Below, piece after piece: positions 31,398-41,289 of a stretch of DNA of 64,000 nucleotides (position 1 is its first letter; the number at the start of each line of letters is the position of its first letter). The notes below the pieces were generated by a model. That model did no database searches, was not told where the DNA came from, and saw only the letters and a list, made by a program, of their open reading frames with translations. The DNA lies in NCBI GenBank assembly GCA_963667175.2, contig CAXXXF010000015.1, forward strand, positions 544,001 through 608,000, written 5' to 3'. Both the position numbers and the translations under genes were made by a program. This DNA is from Candidatus Latescibacterota bacterium (GTDB taxonomy: Bacteria > Latescibacterota > UBA2968 > GCA-2709665).

Positions 31398-31541
31398 ATC
31401 AAAAGCCAAATCAGGCGAAGTCTGCGCCGGGATGTAGCATATTGAGATGGGGCGCGTCGAGGGCAGGACCTGCCTGCAGCGCAGTACGCTGCGCAGGCAG
31501 GTGCCCTCGCTCCCAGGGGTCCTCTCCTCCGCCCCAGGGTC

Positions 31542-33296
31542 TTACCGCTTGGAAGGTGCGCCCTTTGGCGTCGCACCGGTGTATAGCCCACCCTGACTCC
31601 GGTCGTAAATGACCGTGATGTTTCCGTTCTCCGAAACCAGCCGCGGCACGTTGCTGCTCTTCTCGTCGCGGTCGGGCCCCCGCATCACCGCCAGCTGCGC
31701 CTCACCCATCCCCTCCAGCAGATCGCCCCATCGCTCCTCGGGGGTCGCCATGGCCGCTCCGCCGTTGAAGTGCCGCGAAGAGTACCGCGTGAGGATGACG
31801 CGGCGCGGCACGTCGCTCTTCCACGCCAGTGCCCCGTGCGCCTGCGGGCCGTCCATGAAGAAGATGACGTCGCCGGCCTTTGCCAACGGATGCGTCACCA
31901 GCCCCATGTCGTCGTCGCAGGTCCAGACACCCCTGGGAATACCGTACTGCGCCTTGTGGCTTCCCGGCACGCAGGCAAATCCCCCGTCGTTTTCGGTCAC
32001 GTCGCGCAATTGCCAGGCCACACCGATGGATGGGCCCCCCAGCGCGTAGCTACGGCCGTTCTGGTACGTATAGTTCCGGGATGGACTCAACGGCTCATTG
32101 CCGCCATGAAGAAAATGTCCTGCGCCTCCCCTGGGTGTGCAGATCGCCTCGAAGCCTGTACACCGGAAGCCCTTCCCGCCCATCCAGGTGAGGCGGTGCA
32201 CGACTGCCGGGTGGGCGAGCATCTTCCGGAACGGTTCACACCAGGGACGGGGCAATTCAAGCAGGCCGGTCAAGGTGGGCCGCCCGGTTCCGGCCAGGCT
32301 TTTGGACCCCATGGCCAGATCCACGCTTTCAACCACGATGCGTTCCGTAAACCGGTCGATCGCCTCGTTCGCCAGCGCAAGGTCTTCCGGCGTCATCACG
32401 TTTCTGAGGACGAGGTGACCGCACAGGTCCCAGAAATAGAACTCCTTTTCGTCGATGTTCGAATCCGGATTCCTGATGTAGATGGAGGGGTGGGACAGGT
32501 CGGGTTCCGGGTCCACCCGGCAGGTCTCACCATCCGAACTGAGCGTTGGAGGCGGGTCGGTATCCCTGTATCCGGGTTTGTGCAGCATCACGCGTTGCTC
32601 CGGCGTCAACTCCGCCATCCATTCAGGCTGCTCTTCCTTCCGAGTCTTCGGTCCTGTGCCGACGGACTGAACGGCTGCGTGTCCCGCGTATCTGTACATG
32701 AGCAGTCGCTGCGGGCGCTCCTTCGTTCCGGAACGTACGCCCTGAAGCAGGGTTGCCGCGCACAGCAGCAGGTCGCCCGCCTCCAGTGCCGGCTGAACGG
32801 TCAGTCCCAGGTCGTCCTTCCCGGTCAGCACGTCTTCAGGAGTTTCCACGTTGCTCTTATGGCTGCACGGGACCAGCGAAAACCCGCCGTCTCCCGCGCC
32901 CACGTCGGACAGCGCCCAGATGGCGTGTATCCCCTGGCAGTGCCGGCGGCCGTTGAGGATGTAGTAGGCCCGCCCGGCATCCATCGGTTCATTGCCGCCA
33001 ATCAGGCCGCCGGAAGCCCCATCCGTTTCACCGATCTGCTCCGGTTCGCGGTCCAGCCGAAAACCGTATCCGATGAGCTGGTTCAGGTACCCCACCAGCA
33101 CCGGATGGACCATCAGGTCCCGGAACGGCTCCCTCTGCGGTGCGGGCCACCCCAGCATGCCCGTCGTGCGGCCCTCCCGGTGGAGTGCCTGATTGCACGC
33201 CTCGATCTCTCTGGGAGTCAAGACGCCTCGTAAGATCAGGTAGCCGGCGACATCGAAACAGTAGTTCTCCTCGTGGCTCATCTCCTTCCGGTCCAT
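31542..33296 (-). CDS. Tandem two-domain phytanoyl-CoA dioxygenase (PhyH)-family Fe/2OG enzyme
   Basis: Duplicated units (FDVAGYLILRGVL / WDLCGHLVLRNVM; GGFSLVPCSHK / GGFACVPGSHK; AGDLL / AGDVI); GGAGG RBS before MDRKE. Confidence 0.85.
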   Translation of the reverse strand: MDRKEMSHEENYCFDVAGYLILRGVLTPREIEACNQALHREGRTTGMLGWPAPQREPFRDLMVHPVLVGYLNQLIGYGFRLDREPEQIGETDGASGGLIGGNEPMDAGRAYYILNGRRHCQGIHAIWALSDVGAGDGGFSLVPCSHKSNVETPEDVLTGKDDLGLTVQPALEAGDLLLCAATLLQGVRSGTKERPQRLLMYRYAGHAAVQSVGTGPKTRKEEQPEWMAELTPEQRVMLHKPGYRDTDPPPTLSSDGETCRVDPEPDLSHPSIYIRNPDSNIDEKEFYFWDLCGHLVLRNVMTPEDLALANEAIDRFTERIVVESVDLAMGSKSLAGTGRPTLTGLLELPRPWCEPFRKMLAHPAVVHRLTWMGGKGFRCTGFEAICTPRGGAGHFLHGGNEPLSPSRNYTYQNGRSYALGGPSIGVAWQLRDVTENDGGFACVPGSHKAQYGIPRGVWTCDDDMGLVTHPLAKAGDVIFFMDGPQAHGALAWKSDVPRRVILTRYSSRHFNGGAAMATPEERWGDLLEGMGEAQLAVMRGPDRDEKSSNVPRLVSENGNITVIYDRSQGGLYTGATPKGAPSKR

Positions 33297-33459
33297 TTCC
33301 GACCTCCGATATGTTGTACATTCGCCAGAAACCATGATAATATGTAGTAGTCATGATACTTGTGAACATCTGGAGGTGTCAACAGAAAACGGGACGCGCC
33401 CCGCGTTCGCCTGTCGCTTGCGGACCACGCCGCAAAGTGTTACCTATGTAACCGAACGG

Positions 33460-34302
33460 CGAGAAGCAGCGATCAGCGGTCAGCTTGATTCAAGAGACGA
33501 AGATCAAATTCAAACTAACCTTTTCCCCAAATTCCCTGAAGAACGGGTAGACGTTAGACGGGAGACGGGAGAGGATAGCCCGCGCCCAGGGGAAGACGAT
33601 AGGGCTTGGCGAAAACTACCTGCAATAGGCGCGCGGACCTCTCCCCCCGGCCTGCCTGCGCCGAGTTCTGCTCGGCAGGCAGGCTCCCTCTCCCGGGGGA
33701 GAGGGGGAGCAGAGCGAGGTGTCGTATCTTCGCCGAAATCGAAATTCAGCTCACACGGAGACACAAAGACACAAAGAAAACCAAAGGGCAAGACCCGAGA
33801 CACCGTTGAGGCGGGCAACCACCAGGGTTGCCACGACAAACGAAAATGCAGCGATCAGGAGTCGGTCTTCGGCCGTCAGCTTGAACCATAACAAACCCTT
33901 TGACGTCAGCGCCGGGAGGTAGGCGCAGACCTCTCCCCCCGGCCTGCCTGCGCCGAGTTCTGCTCGGCAGGCAGGCCGGGGGGAGAGGGGGTGAAAAGCG
34001 GAGACCGCGAAGGGATCACAGTTCCCCCTTCCCCCCGGGAAGGGGGAAAGGGGGTAGGTCGGTGGGACGGTGAGGGGTAAAGGCAGTTGTCAGTTAAATT
34101 CGGTTGGCGAAGGGTACACGTGATGTCATCGGTCGTTGTCTGCGTCGCGATGTGGATTAACCAGAAGGGACGCGTCGAGGGCAGGACCTGCCTGCAGCGC
34201 AGTACGCTGCGCAGGCAGGTGCCCTCGCTCCCAGGGAGACGTCTTCCTTCTTCCTTTTTCTTTCTTCGTTCTTCCTTCATCTTTTTCCTTCTTCCTTTTT
34301 TT
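33460..34302. repeat. Dense composite repeat region, including three 33-bp mini-insertions and a pyrimidine heptamer tract
   Basis: Inverted copy of the 2357-2750 modules; CCTGCCTGC...GCAGGCAGG at 33651, 33943 and 34187; CTTCCTT-type tract at 34243-34302. Confidence 0.75.
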
Positions 34303-34315
34303 GAAAGGAGTCGAC

Positions 34316-35278
34316 ATGACAGATCTAAAGGCCGCGGTTATCGGCTGCGGCGGGCACGCCCAGTCGCACCTGCAGATGATCGCGAACGAACCGAGGCTTC
34401 GGCTGGCGGGCATCGCGGAACTCGATGAGGAGCGGTTGCGCGGGAATCGGGCCGAATGGGCGCCTGAGCAGGCCTTTTCGGACTACCGCCAGATGCTCGA
34501 CGCGTGCAGTCCGGACGTGGTGTACGTGGTCACGAATCCCGGACACCTTCTGCCCATTGTTCTGGAATGCCTGAACAGGGGCATCCACACTTCGGTGGAG
34601 AAGTCTCCCGGAATGAACGTGGACGAGACCTCCCAGATGGCGCGGGCCGCCCGGCAGAGTACGGGCAAGGCCATCGTATCGTTCAACCGTCGATACTATC
34701 CTCACGTGCTGGCCGTCCGGCGGCGCATCCAGGCGGGCGGGGGCGCGGTACACGTCGCGGCCACGTACAACAAGCCGTTATCCCGGTTTAAGGACGCAAC
34801 GCCCGATCCGGTGATCTGCGACGCCATCCACCACGTGGACCTGATTCGCTGGTTGGCGGGTTCCGGCCCGGAAGAAGCAGCGATACCGGTGGAAGTGCGG
34901 GGAATGGTGCAGGACGGCGCGCGCCCCGTGTGCCATCGCCACAACGCCGTGGTGCGCTTCGACACGGGCGCGTTCGGCGTCCTGATGTGCCACTACGGCG
35001 TGGGCTATCGCATCCAGAGGGCGGAAGTACACGCGGAGGACCTGTCGGCCTATCTCGATCTGACTCGGGCGCCGCAGGTGGAGGGATATGAGCGGGGCGA
35101 GCCTTTTTTGGTGGAAGACGAGGAAATCGAGGCCGTGGGCGGCCCCGGCTTCAACGAGACCGCCCACTTCACCGATTGCATTCTGGAAGACCGCACGCCA
35201 TGGTCAACCCTGGACGACGCGGTGCAGACCATGCGCCTGTGCGAGGCCATCCGCGCAGGTCACGTGGGGACGTTGTGA
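34316..35278 (+). CDS. Gfo/Idh/MocA-family oxidoreductase
   Basis: AAGGAG RBS; motifs VIGCGGHA, VEKSPG, FNRRY, DAIHHVD. Confidence 0.88.
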   Translation: MTDLKAAVIGCGGHAQSHLQMIANEPRLRLAGIAELDEERLRGNRAEWAPEQAFSDYRQMLDACSPDVVYVVTNPGHLLPIVLECLNRGIHTSVEKSPGMNVDETSQMARAARQSTGKAIVSFNRRYYPHVLAVRRRIQAGGGAVHVAATYNKPLSRFKDATPDPVICDAIHHVDLIRWLAGSGPEEAAIPVEVRGMVQDGARPVCHRHNAVVRFDTGAFGVLMCHYGVGYRIQRAEVHAEDLSAYLDLTRAPQVEGYERGEPFLVEDEEIEAVGGPGFNETAHFTDCILEDRTPWSTLDDAVQTMRLCEAIRAGHVGTL

Positions 35279-35300
35279 TCGGAATTCCAGGACCTGAGGG

Positions 35301-37721
35301 CTACTCATAACGCAACGTGTCGACCGGATTTGCGAGCGCGGCCATCATCGACTGGGCGCCCACCGTGAGCAGCGCGATCCCGAGCGCCAGAATGCCGCAC
35401 AGAATGAAGACGACCGGCTCCGGATCGATCCGATAGGCGAAATTCTGAAGCCATTCGTTCATCACGTAGTAGGCAGCCGGCCACGCCAGCAGGTTGGCGA
35501 CGAGGACAAGCTTTATGAATTCACCGGAAAGCAGGAATGAAAGGGTAGCAACCGAACCTCCCAGCACCTTTCGGATACCGACTTCCCTGGTCCGCCGCGC
35601 AACGGCAAGAGACGTCAGCCCGAGAAGCCCCAGACAGGAGATCAGGATCGCGAACAGGAACGTATACCCGGTAATCCTGAACCACCGATCTTCATTCTGG
35701 TACTGGCGGGCGAGATTGTCTTCGAGGAAGGAATGAAGAAACGGGCTGTCGGGCGCAACCGCCTCCCACGTCTCCTTCAGAAACGCGATGCTACCTGCGA
35801 TGTCCTCAGGCTGGATACGGATCAGGACGAAGGGTCCCCACGACCGTGGCCCGGTGTGCAGCAACAACGGCTTGATTTCTCCGCGCAGGGAATCGAAATG
35901 GAAATCTTTTACAACGCCAATGACGGTCGGTTCGCCGAGTTGCTCCCACGCCTCCTGTTTCAGCGTTTTGCCGACCGGGTCCTTCCCCTCCCATCCGAGC
36001 ATTCCAGCCAGCTTCTCATTTACCAGCGCGTACAGTTTCAGGCCCGACGACGCTGGTGTGAGATTCCGACCAGCGATTAGCTGGATCTTCAGGGTCTCGA
36101 GATAGTCATGGTCAATTCGAACAATCCTTGCCTGGACACGCTCGCCGCTCTCCGATTCCAATCTGGTGGAATGGGTGCCGCTCGTAAACGCCCGGTCACT
36201 GATGGTTGCATTGAGTATCCGAGGAGATCCGGATATTTCCGCTTTGTACCGTTCGCTGACAGTGTCCGCATTCCTCACCATGGCGGGGACAACGACCACC
36301 TGTTCTGCACGGTACCCGAGATCTCTTTCTTTGACGAATCTGAGTTGTTGGAACATCATCGCGGCGCTGATCATCAGCGTGATGGTCAGGCCGTATTGCA
36401 CAACCACCAGCACCCTCGATCCCAGGTTTCGCCCCCCAATTCCTTTCTGCCCCTTGAGCACCTCCACCGGCTGGATCCGGAGCAGGACGGCGGCCGGATA
36501 ACTGCCCGCTACGAGTCCCGCGATGCCCACGATCCCCATGAGAGCCACCATCGTTCCCCAACTGTCCATATAGGGTATACTCAGATTCTTCCGCGCCAGA
36601 TCATTGAAGACAGGTAGAAACAACTCCGCCAGAGCGATTCCCATCGCCAGGGCAATCATGCTCAGAAACAATGCCTCGCCCAAAAACTGCTCTACAAGCT
36701 GCATCCTCTGGGCCCCGAGCACTTTTCGCATTCCCACTTCGCGGGCGCGTCCAACCAACCGGCCGGCGGTCAGCGTCATATAATTGATACATGCGATTGC
36801 CAGCACGAGAAGCGCAAGCCCGGACAGCACGTAGGAGTAGAACACGTTACCACGAGCTTCGTACGAATTCCTTCTGACCTCGGAATTTAGATAGACGTCG
36901 CGCAGCGGCTGGAGAGCCAGCAAAAACCCGTCGTCCGTTTTCCTCACGCGACCGTGCGTTTTGTAAACCTCGATTCTGTCTCCGAGGTGTTTCTCGGCGA
37001 ACGGCGGGAGCTCCGCTTCCAGGGCCTCTATATCCTGTCCTTCCACAAGTTGCACGTACATGGAGGCCTTCGCGTTCATCCAATCCGAATTCGTCCCATA
37101 GTTCTCGTGGTATCCAATGGGGACAAGTAAACTGAATTTCAGGCTGGAAGTCTCGGGAACGTCCCGCATCACACCCGTGACGCTAAACTCCTTGACTCCA
37201 ACCGACAGCGGCTTTCCCAGGGCTGCTGTGTATCCATCTTCCGGATTCCCGAAGAGCTTGAGGGCGACGGTCTCGCTCACCACCACGCCATCCGGCCGCC
37301 GCAGCGCGGTTGCGGCGTCTCCCGCGAGGAGTGGAAACGAGAATATCTCCAGAAACTGGGGGTCCACCAGACCGAAGGATTCGCGAAGGAAGATCTTCTG
37401 GTACGAGACCTGAGCCCTGGCACGCAGGAATCCGCTCGCGCGTTTGATCCCTGGAAATTCCTCCTCGAGCGCTGAGGCAAGAAAAGTCGGATGGAGGGTG
37501 GAATAGCCGATACTGCCATCGGGCCTGGTTTCGCGACCAATCACCCGAAAGATCCGGTCGGCATCCTCGTGGAAAGCATCGTGCCGCCATTCGTGCCGGA
37601 CGTACAGGAAGATCAGGATACAGCAGGCGAGGCCGATCGCCAGACCGAAGACGTTGATAAACGCGTAGAGCTTCTGGCGAAGCACGTTTCGCATGGCCAC
37701 GACGAAGTAGTTGCGGAACAT
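35301..37721 (-). CDS. MacB/FtsX-like ABC permease (double MacB_PCD+FtsX), copy 1
   Basis: Motifs MFRNYF..A.RN, LQPL.D.Y, IACINY, REVGMRKVLGA, ANPVDTLRYE. Confidence 0.93.
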   Translation of the reverse strand: MFRNYFVVAMRNVLRQKLYAFINVFGLAIGLACCILIFLYVRHEWRHDAFHEDADRIFRVIGRETRPDGSIGYSTLHPTFLASALEEEFPGIKRASGFLRARAQVSYQKIFLRESFGLVDPQFLEIFSFPLLAGDAATALRRPDGVVVSETVALKLFGNPEDGYTAALGKPLSVGVKEFSVTGVMRDVPETSSLKFSLLVPIGYHENYGTNSDWMNAKASMYVQLVEGQDIEALEAELPPFAEKHLGDRIEVYKTHGRVRKTDDGFLLALQPLRDVYLNSEVRRNSYEARGNVFYSYVLSGLALLVLAIACINYMTLTAGRLVGRAREVGMRKVLGAQRMQLVEQFLGEALFLSMIALAMGIALAELFLPVFNDLARKNLSIPYMDSWGTMVALMGIVGIAGLVAGSYPAAVLLRIQPVEVLKGQKGIGGRNLGSRVLVVVQYGLTITLMISAAMMFQQLRFVKERDLGYRAEQVVVVPAMVRNADTVSERYKAEISGSPRILNATISDRAFTSGTHSTRLESESGERVQARIVRIDHDYLETLKIQLIAGRNLTPASSGLKLYALVNEKLAGMLGWEGKDPVGKTLKQEAWEQLGEPTVIGVVKDFHFDSLRGEIKPLLLHTGPRSWGPFVLIRIQPEDIAGSIAFLKETWEAVAPDSPFLHSFLEDNLARQYQNEDRWFRITGYTFLFAILISCLGLLGLTSLAVARRTREVGIRKVLGGSVATLSFLLSGEFIKLVLVANLLAWPAAYYVMNEWLQNFAYRIDPEPVVFILCGILALGIALLTVGAQSMMAALANPVDTLRYE

Positions 37722-38058
37722 TCTGAATCCTTAAAAGTGCGTAACCAGCACAATCTTCCCGTCGCACATAGCGAGGCTTCGCGTCGTTCAGCCGAAACGA
37801 GATAGGTGGAAGTAAAGGCGCGAGCCCGCTTGAAGGTCGAATCACTCCCCCCTTGAGGGGGAGTCGCCTGCCTGCGTCCGCAGGACAGGCAGGCAGAAGC
37901 AGAGCCGGTGCTCTGAGCCTGTGGTCCCAATGCTTGTCGAAGGGTCAATGGATATTGACGCACCGGCGAAGGTGGTGGGGGGATTGCAACGCCTTGCCGT
38001 GAGCAAAAAGCACGGATAAACATGCGCGCGGTTTGCGTAGCAGTCTTACCGAAGGGAC

Positions 38059-38748
38059 CTAATTCGGCGCCTGTTCCTTGATGTTTTCCGACACCACGTG
38101 GCCGTCGAACAGGTGAACGACGCGGTGGGCAAACCCGGCATCGTGGGCCTTATGGGTGACCATGACGATGGTCGTCCCGTTCTTGTTCAGCTCCGTCAAC
38201 AGCCCCATCACTTCATTGCCGTTGGCGGAATCCAGGTTCCCCGTGGGCTCGTCGGCCAGAATGATCTTCGGATTCGAGATGACGGCCCGCGCCACGGCCA
38301 CGCGCTGCTGCTGGCCGCCCGACAACTGCTGCGGAAAGTGCTTCTCACGGTGCTTGATGCCCATATATTCCATCGACTCGTCCACGCGTTTTCTGCGTTC
38401 CTTCGACGGCATCTTCAGGTACAGCAGCGGCAGTTCGATGTTTTCGGCCACGGTCAGTTCGTCGATCAGATTGAAACTCTGGAACACGAAGCCGATGTTT
38501 TCCTTCCGGGCATCGGCTCTCTGCCGCTCCGTGTGTTTGGAGACCTCCACGTCATTCAGGTAGTATTCCCCATCGGTGGGATTGTCAAGCAGCCCCAGCA
38601 CGTTCAGGAGCGTGGACTTCCCGCAGCCCGACGGTCCCATCACGGCGACGAACTCGCCTTCGCTGATCTCGAGATTGACATTGCGCAGCGCGGTGGTTTC
38701 GACTTCTTCGGTCCTGTACACCTTCTGTAAATCCACAGTCTTGATCAT
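38059..38748 (-). CDS. ABC ATP-binding protein (LolD/MacB family)
   Basis: Motifs GPSGCGKST, LSGGQQQRVA, LADEPTGNLD. Confidence 0.95.
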   Translation of the reverse strand: MIKTVDLQKVYRTEEVETTALRNVNLEISEGEFVAVMGPSGCGKSTLLNVLGLLDNPTDGEYYLNDVEVSKHTERQRADARKENIGFVFQSFNLIDELTVAENIELPLLYLKMPSKERRKRVDESMEYMGIKHREKHFPQQLSGGQQQRVAVARAVISNPKIILADEPTGNLDSANGNEVMGLLTELNKNGTTIVMVTHKAHDAGFAHRVVHLFDGHVVSENIKEQAPN

Positions 38749-38971
38749 TTCGAGACTCCTTTCTGAAGTCAGCTTTCAGCAATCAGCAGTCAGCAGTTAG
38801 CCAAAAGCGGGTTCACGTCATTCCACAGAGTGGCCGCGAGTGTAGTCTTGATTTCGATGATTTCTCCCCTGATCCAATTGTCATCCGCTCGCTCTGGATG
38901 TCGCCGAGGCCAAGCGCCAAATGACATCGGTATACCATACGGGTTTAAGCTGACCGCTGATGGCTGACAGC

Positions 38972-40399
38972 TTATTGCTGCAGTACCAGCTTATCGATTT
39001 CCTCATAGTTCTCATACGACGACGTTACGACGCGATCACCGGGCGAGAGGCCCTCGAGCACCTCGAAGTACTCGGGATTCTGGCGGCCGATGCGCACGGG
39101 GCGCCGCACGGCCAGGTCGCCCTCGACCACGAAGACCCAGTTCCCGCCCGTGGTCTGATAGAAGCCGCCGCGGGGCAACAACAACGCGACTTCCGGCGCG
39201 TCCAGTTCCAGCCGGATCTGTTCCGTCTGCCCGCGGCGGATGCTTCGCGGCGCCTCGCCGACAAAGTCCATATCCACCTCGAACTGCCCCTCCTTCACCT
39301 CCGGGAAGACCCGGCGGATCTTCAGCTCGAAGATCTCGTCGTCGATCTCAATCGTCCCCTTGAGTCCGGTCGTGATTCTCGTAATGTAGAACTCATCGAT
39401 GGCCGCGCGCATCTTGTACGCGTCCAGAACGTCGATCTGGCCGATGCTGGTCCCTTTCGCGATCAACTTGCCGATCTCTGCGTTGAGTTGCGACAACTGC
39501 CCGTCGATCGGCGCGCGGACCGTCAGGTTTCTCAATGGACGTCGCACGTCGTCCAGTTGAAGCTGAAGACTCCTGGCGCGCTTCTGGAGGGCGGCCAACT
39601 CGTTGACGCGATAGATCGAGTCGCGTCGCACGGTTTCCAGCATAAACACTTTGAGCTTCTGCGCGTGTTCGTATTTGTCCTTTGCCGACTCGAATTCGTC
39701 GCGGGAGGCGAGGTCATTTTCGAATAGCGCTTCCTGCCTGCGAAAGTCGCGCTCGGACTTCTGAAGGTCCAGTTCGATGTCCATCAGGGAACGCTTGCGC
39801 TGGATGTCCTGGATTTCCTGGCTCAACCGCGTGTTTTCCATCCTGTTGATCTGCTCGAACAACTGCGCTTCCTGGCTCAACACGGTCTGTTCCAGGGTCG
39901 GATTCGACATCCGCAGGATCGGCGTCCCCCGTTCGACCATGGCCCCGACTTCGAGGAAGATCTCTTCCACCTGACCGCCTTCCAGGGCATCCAGGTAGTG
40001 TGTCTGGATGGGCATGACCGTGCCGCGCTGCGGGATGAACTCCTGGAAGTAGCCGACGGTGACTTCGGAAATCGTGATCCGCTCAGCCTGCACGTTCAGC
40101 CTGGCGCTGTGATCGCCGAAGACGGCCATATAGACCACCAGACCTACGAAGCCCGCAATCGCTGCCGCGCTGATGATGCGCTTCGGCGTCCACAGCTTCT
40201 TCTTGATCTTGCGGTCCATGCCCTCGGTTGGCGTCTCCCGTACAGACGCGGAAGTACCGGGATTCACGAAACGGGGAATCGGTTTATCTCCGCCAACGGA
40301 GTCTGCCGGTTCTGAGGGTGTTTCCTGACTGGAAGTCGCGTCCGTCCGATTCAGCTTCAACCGACGTCCCTTTTCCTTCTTCGGTTTTTGCTCTTCCAT
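38972..40399 (-). CDS. Efflux periplasmic adaptor (MFP/HlyD family)
   Basis: One transmembrane segment, lipoyl-like halves (GGQVEEIF...G, VRAPIDG), coiled coil, EVLEGL.PGD. Confidence 0.9.
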   Translation of the reverse strand: MEEQKPKKEKGRRLKLNRTDATSSQETPSEPADSVGGDKPIPRFVNPGTSASVRETPTEGMDRKIKKKLWTPKRIISAAAIAGFVGLVVYMAVFGDHSARLNVQAERITISEVTVGYFQEFIPQRGTVMPIQTHYLDALEGGQVEEIFLEVGAMVERGTPILRMSNPTLEQTVLSQEAQLFEQINRMENTRLSQEIQDIQRKRSLMDIELDLQKSERDFRRQEALFENDLASRDEFESAKDKYEHAQKLKVFMLETVRRDSIYRVNELAALQKRARSLQLQLDDVRRPLRNLTVRAPIDGQLSQLNAEIGKLIAKGTSIGQIDVLDAYKMRAAIDEFYITRITTGLKGTIEIDDEIFELKIRRVFPEVKEGQFEVDMDFVGEAPRSIRRGQTEQIRLELDAPEVALLLPRGGFYQTTGGNWVFVVEGDLAVRRPVRIGRQNPEYFEVLEGLSPGDRVVTSSYENYEEIDKLVLQQ

Positions 40400-40461
40400 C
40401 GTCTCGCCTTAACGTACTAATGAAACGCCAGCCTCCAGCCTTCCCGGATTTCCGGCCGTCC

Positions 40462-41082
40462 CTATGAACTCCTCGTCATCCCCCGCCGTTCCACTTCCCG
40501 CCTCAATTCGTGACGCCCCCGGTACAGCCAGACTTTCAGGGTCCCCATCGGTACCTGCAGCTGCTCGACGATCTCATCATAAGACCGTTCCATAAGATAA
40601 TGCAGTGAGACCGCTTCGCGCTGACGTTCCGGCAGCGCCCGGATGCCTTCGATCACGATCCGCCGGCGCTCCTTTCGCGCCAGAACGGCGTCGGGACCTT
40701 CGTCGGGCGACGCGCGCCACCGCGCCTGGAGCGCAGGCTCGGCATCATTGACTTCGCTCAACCAGACCCTCCGCTTCTTCAAGGACCTCAGGTAGTTTGT
40801 ACACACATTCATGGCAATGCGCGTGAGCCACGTGGTGAAAGCGGCCTGCCCGCGAAATCCCGGAAGCCCCAGGAAGGCCTTGATGAAGACCAGTTGAACC
40901 AGGTCCTCGGCCTCATCCACGTTGCCCGCGCACCGGTGAACGAGCGCACGCACCCGGTCACGATGCCGCCTGAAGAGAACCTGATAGGCCCACTCATCGC
41001 CGGCAACGGCCCGGTCGATCAGCGCCGCATCGGACTCCGGCGAGCACTGTAGCGGCAGGAATTCGCTTTTCTTTTTTATCAC
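40462..41082 (-). CDS. ECF sigma-70 factor
   Basis: Region 2 AEDLVQLVF...FTTWLTRIAMN; region 4 LPERQRE...SYDEI...GTLKVWLYRGR. Confidence 0.9.
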   Translation of the reverse strand: MIKKKSEFLPLQCSPESDAALIDRAVAGDEWAYQVLFRRHRDRVRALVHRCAGNVDEAEDLVQLVFIKAFLGLPGFRGQAAFTTWLTRIAMNVCTNYLRSLKKRRVWLSEVNDAEPALQARWRASPDEGPDAVLARKERRRIVIEGIRALPERQREAVSLHYLMERSYDEIVEQLQVPMGTLKVWLYRGRHELRREVERRGMTRSS

Positions 41083-41144
41083 AAGCAGCCGGTCTCCGTC
41101 TTATGTCGTACGTATACAAGACACCCGCGTCTCGATTATACAGA

Positions 41145-41262
41145 AGCGACAACCGTGCCAACGAACTTTTCTATATAATTTTCAACTGTTTATACGAATA
41201 TGCTCACGAAAGCGGAATAAATAAGTGTTCGATTTCGATACACTGATGTCCGAAAATGGACA
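41145..41262 (-). promoter_or_regulatory. sigma54 promoter with tandem palindromic upstream activator sites
   Basis: Minus strand TGGCACGGTTGTCGCT (GG-N10-GC) at 41160-41145; palindromes TGTTCGATTTCGATACA (41226) and TGTCCGAAAATGGACA (41247). Confidence 0.75.
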
Positions 41263-41289
41263 GTTCTGGCAGCGCCTGGACGGCACAGC

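Noticed and set aside
22316-33233. Long antisense ORFs (22316-23449, 25195-26370, 26255-27760, 31770-33233)
   Set aside because: Shadow frames opposite well-supported genes, as expected in high-GC DNA.
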